Positions 60,601-64,000 of a DNA stretch of 64,000 bases are shown here, piece by piece. Origin of the DNA: Elsinoe ampelina (Eukaryota); the NCBI GenBank assembly GCA_010093995.1, contig ML992510.1, forward strand, positions 689,272 to 753,271. Reading direction: 5' to 3'. The position numbers and the translations under genes are program-made. Below the pieces are notes generated by a model. The model searched no databases. It was not told where the DNA came from and saw only the letters and a program-made list of their open reading frames with translations. The number at the start of each line of letters is the position of its first letter. The stretch's first letter is position 1.

Positions 60601-62339
60601 CTAAGTCTATAGCGTAGAAGAGGCCGATTGTCTCTCTAAGGTTACTATAGAAGTCTACTAGACGTACGTAAAGCTAGTATATACCGTAGTAGAATCCGGC
60701 TTACTCTATAAAGGAGAAGATACTTAAATACTAAGTATGCTTAACTCTTAGCAGATTATAACGAAGAGTAAATACCTAAGATATAAGATTAACTTCTATA
60801 TAATTGTCTATAAGAAATATATAGTCTTCGTGCCCTATAGGTACTATAATAGCGCTGTAATAGGGTAGCGATAGATAAGCGTTAATTAGAAGAGAGAAAG
60901 GGCTTAGTTATACTCTTTAGCTAAGCCCTTAGAGTTTCCTAACTTAGAGTTATTAGACTTATCTACAGTAGTAACCTTATATACTACCTAAGACTCGCTA
61001 TTCTTCTATAGGTGCTTCGACCTATACTTTAGCTTAATATAACTAGTTTTACTATAACTATAGTACTTAGCGTCTCTCTTCTACTTATCGGAGGAACTTC
61101 TCTAACTACTAAACTATTTAATAGGTAGGTTAGTAGCTTCGCGCTTATAGTAAGCTTAAGAGCTACTACTGGACTAGTAGTAGTATTCTCCTCGGGGGCT
61201 ACTACGACTACTATACTTATATAGGTAGTTACTTTTATCTTCTCGTATAGTACGCTTACTACTAGTATAGTCTATAGACTCGATACGTAAGTCTAAAGAG
61301 ACTAACTTCTAGCGTATAGCTAGAATAGTATAGTGTTTAATAATAGTAGTACGTAGCGTAGGCTATAGCTTAGTAAGGAGATAGTATACTCTCTACTCTT
61401 TAGAGTAGAGAGCTAGTTACTCCTCGAGGGTAGCGAGTTCCGAGGCGAAGGCCTAGATAGATTAGCCCTTACGTTATTAGGCTCCCTTATATATAAGAGT
61501 TATATGCACTTTATAATTAATAGAGTTATTAACTATGTCCTATATAAACTAGCAAAATTACTCCTACGTGTAGCTCTCTAGGCTATCTACGTAGTAGTAG
61601 TAATACTATATCTTATCTAGCTCGCTAGCGAGGAATATAACTCTATATAGTACCTTCTACTAATTAGTAGAGTAAGCCTTAAGAGCTAGAGTAAAGATAA
61701 CCTCGAGATTCTTTAGGAAGAATCTTACCTCTTTAAGTATCTTACCCTAATAGGGATAAGGTTCCCTTAGTTAAGGTTATCTAGAGGATAGTCTTATAAA
61801 TAGTCTACCGCTACTATATATGCTCTATATACTAGCGTTACTTACTATAGGCTTAGTAGAAGTACGCGAGCTACGGTCGAAGCCTCCTTAGTAGTATCCT
61901 ACATTACATATATAGTGTATTTACTTAATCTCTTCCTTAAGGCTCTAAGCCTTAAGCTCTAGCTCTAAATACTTACGCTTAGTATATAGGCGTAGTAGCT
62001 ACTCTATAAGGGTCTCTTCTTTCTCTAGGGGAGTCTACTTAATAGAGTCTATTTCTATAACATTAATAACGTAAGGTACTAGCGCCTTACTAATAGAGTT
62101 CTAGTTATCTATAGGGTCTAATAGATTACGACTATAGGGGAGTAATTAGAACTATTAAAGCCTTATATTAAAGCTATATATGTTATAATATAAAGAACGC
62201 CTATCTAACTAAATAGTTCGTTAGTAGTAGAACTAATTACTATTAAGTTTAAGGCGTAAGTGCTATATAAGATAAGTAGGTACGTTACGTAAGTAAGACT
62301 AGCCGCTACTAAGTGCCGCCCTAATACTAGGCCCTTATA
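48627..62339 (-). mobile_element. Full-length RIP-inactivated Ty3/Gypsy chromovirus (family B)
   Basis: 187-bp LTRs 48627-48813 and 62153-62339; TSD GAAGA; reverse PPT gcctcctccttt. RT VYLDDI (~59800-59820), RNase H, integrase, chromodomain VEKILGKR..FYLVKW..NSWEP (~57325-57445). Confidence 0.92.
48841..55858 (-). mobile_element. Full-length RIP-inactivated Ty3/Gypsy chromovirus (family A, copy 2)
   Basis: 463-bp LTRs 48841-49303 and 55396-55858; TSD CTATC. Protease IDSGA (~53155-53180), RT VYLDDI (~52180-52197), RNase H DASDF (~51735) and DALSR (~51400), integrase, chromodomain (~50030-50140). Confidence 0.93.
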
Positions 62340-64000
62340 GAAGAGCTAGCTTAACTCTACTAGAATAGAGAGTATATAGAGATCTAGAGGGCCCTTATAA
62401 TTAAGTGCGAAGAACCCCTTTAGAAGAGGACCTATATCGATATATAGGAATAGTAAGAGAAGTCTAATAATAATAATTAGTTATACTAAGATAGTATCTC
62501 TCGAGGAACCTCTAATCTAGATATCTCTCTAGAGATACTTTCTCTTTAGATTAACCTTAAGAAAGTATAAAAGCTAGAGGTACTAGAGAAACTAAAGAGA
62601 TATATATACCTCGCCGACGTAAAGGCGTTTATCTAATCGTGCTATACTATCTTTAGGGTCTATAAGTATATCTATCTTACTAGTAGAGATCGAGTCTAGT
62701 TTATAGCTAGCTATCTAGATAGATCCCTTACTATAATATAGAAGAGCTATATTAACAACGTAGAACCTTAGGCTAAGAACTAGAGCTACTTTTAAGAATA
62801 GATTAAAGATTGTATTATAGACAAGAGTAACTAAGCTCTAAAATATACCTAACTATTCTATAATAGCGCTTAGAGGTCGAACTAATTAGTTGCTAAGTTT
62901 GCCTAATACCTCGAAGAGTACGCTAAGGAAATTAGTAATATTACTATAGATAAGGCTTAGTTTATAAGCTACCTTATTAACGGCGTAAAGCCTACGTATT
63001 AATAGAGCTATATAGCGCTCTAAGACTCTCTAAGGGGTAAAGACAAGGCTATCTCCTACTTTACTTATATTAAGAGTGTATTTAGGAGCTAAGCTATCTC
63101 CGAGACGATATATATCTCTTACTACTTCGTAGATAAGCTAAAGAGAGGCAACTAGAAATTCTAGAATAACAAAAATAAGAAAAAAAAGAAAGTTTAAAGA
63201 CCTTACGTCTAGGGTTAATATAACTCTAATACTCTATTACCTCGACCTCTTAGAGGTAAAGTACTATAGGTGTAGGTAACCTAGCTATATCTACCCTAAC
63301 TACCCTTATAACAAGATAAAAAACTAAATACTCTAGCTATAGATCTTGCCTCCGTATAGCTAGGAGTATCTAAAGGAGGTCCGCTACTAAGCTAACTAAG
63401 GATAGACATTTACCTTAGTTAGGAAGGTAGAGCTCTATCTACTAATTACGTAGCTATGTCTCTTATAGATTTAGAGGCTAATATTTATTTTATTAACTAC
63501 TATTACGTAAAGGAGAAAGAAGTTTACCTATGTACTAATAGTATAACGAGAGTAAAGTCCCTTAACTAGTATAAGATACACTTATATAGATACTACTATC
63601 TTATAGTAGAAGCTACTAACTACTATAGCGTTATAAAGGAAGTTTAATAGCACTTCGAGTCGGTAGAGATAAAGAGATATAACTTAGTACTAGGCTAGAT
63701 ATAGCTCTTTAGTATTAACCTAAACATCGATTAGTAAAGCTAGAGGTAGAGACATTACTCTACTAGCGTTAATATAACGCTCCTAATAGCGGAAGAATTT
63801 GCTAAGGAAATGTTAGAGTAGCTATAGTGCTATATAGTTTTCTTAAATATAATCTATAAAGATAATGCTTTAACGTTATAAAGTAGACTCCTAAGCTAGC
63901 TCTATAACTTCTTAGATATATTCGATAATAAGGAAGCTATTACTATACTCTCTCTAGCGCTATATAACTACTTAATCGAACTTATTAAAGGGAAGTAACC

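Larger units (their letters stand above)
48230..64000 (+). mobile_element. Plus-strand Gypsy-like element C (48230-48626 and 62340-64000), split by family B
   Basis: Putative LTR ~48230-48440 (TA..TTACA). After 62340 a gag-like region with a CCHC knuckle relic (~63260-63305) and a protease L(V/I)DSGA relic (~63460-63480); runs off the window. Confidence 0.7.

Overview
Filamentous ascomycete (Pezizomycotina, probably Dothideomycete-like; inferred from intron signals, gene set and RIP). A gene-dense island of 13 protein-coding genes (~780-35800) lies between AT-rich, RIP-mutated LTR retrotransposon DNA (1-631 and 35938-64000). Genes: CSE1 exportin, secreted CAP/SCP protein, DUF3433 membrane protein, a cryptic micro-exon RGG/zinc-knuckle gene the ORF track misses, a Tra2/SR-like RRM protein, a hypothetical protein, VOC/glyoxalase, UBL-WLM protease, PTH11-like membrane protein, CLPTM1, choline-transporter-like, NIF/FCP1-like HAD protein and SCD6. 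An SCD6 intron holds an snR52-like C/D snoRNA. The right 28 kb is a nest of two Copia and four Gypsy elements, three with matching TSDs, plus a 10-N gap flanked by a probable assembly duplication. Most unusual: (i) the RGG gene, with 11 consecutive phase-1 introns and symmetric micro-exons; (ii) the CAP gene, whose conserved motifs are only restored by splicing at two non-AG acceptors (GT-AT, GT-TG) and which also has a candidate 426-nt in-frame exitron. All gene models were read by hand, without RNA evidence or database searches.
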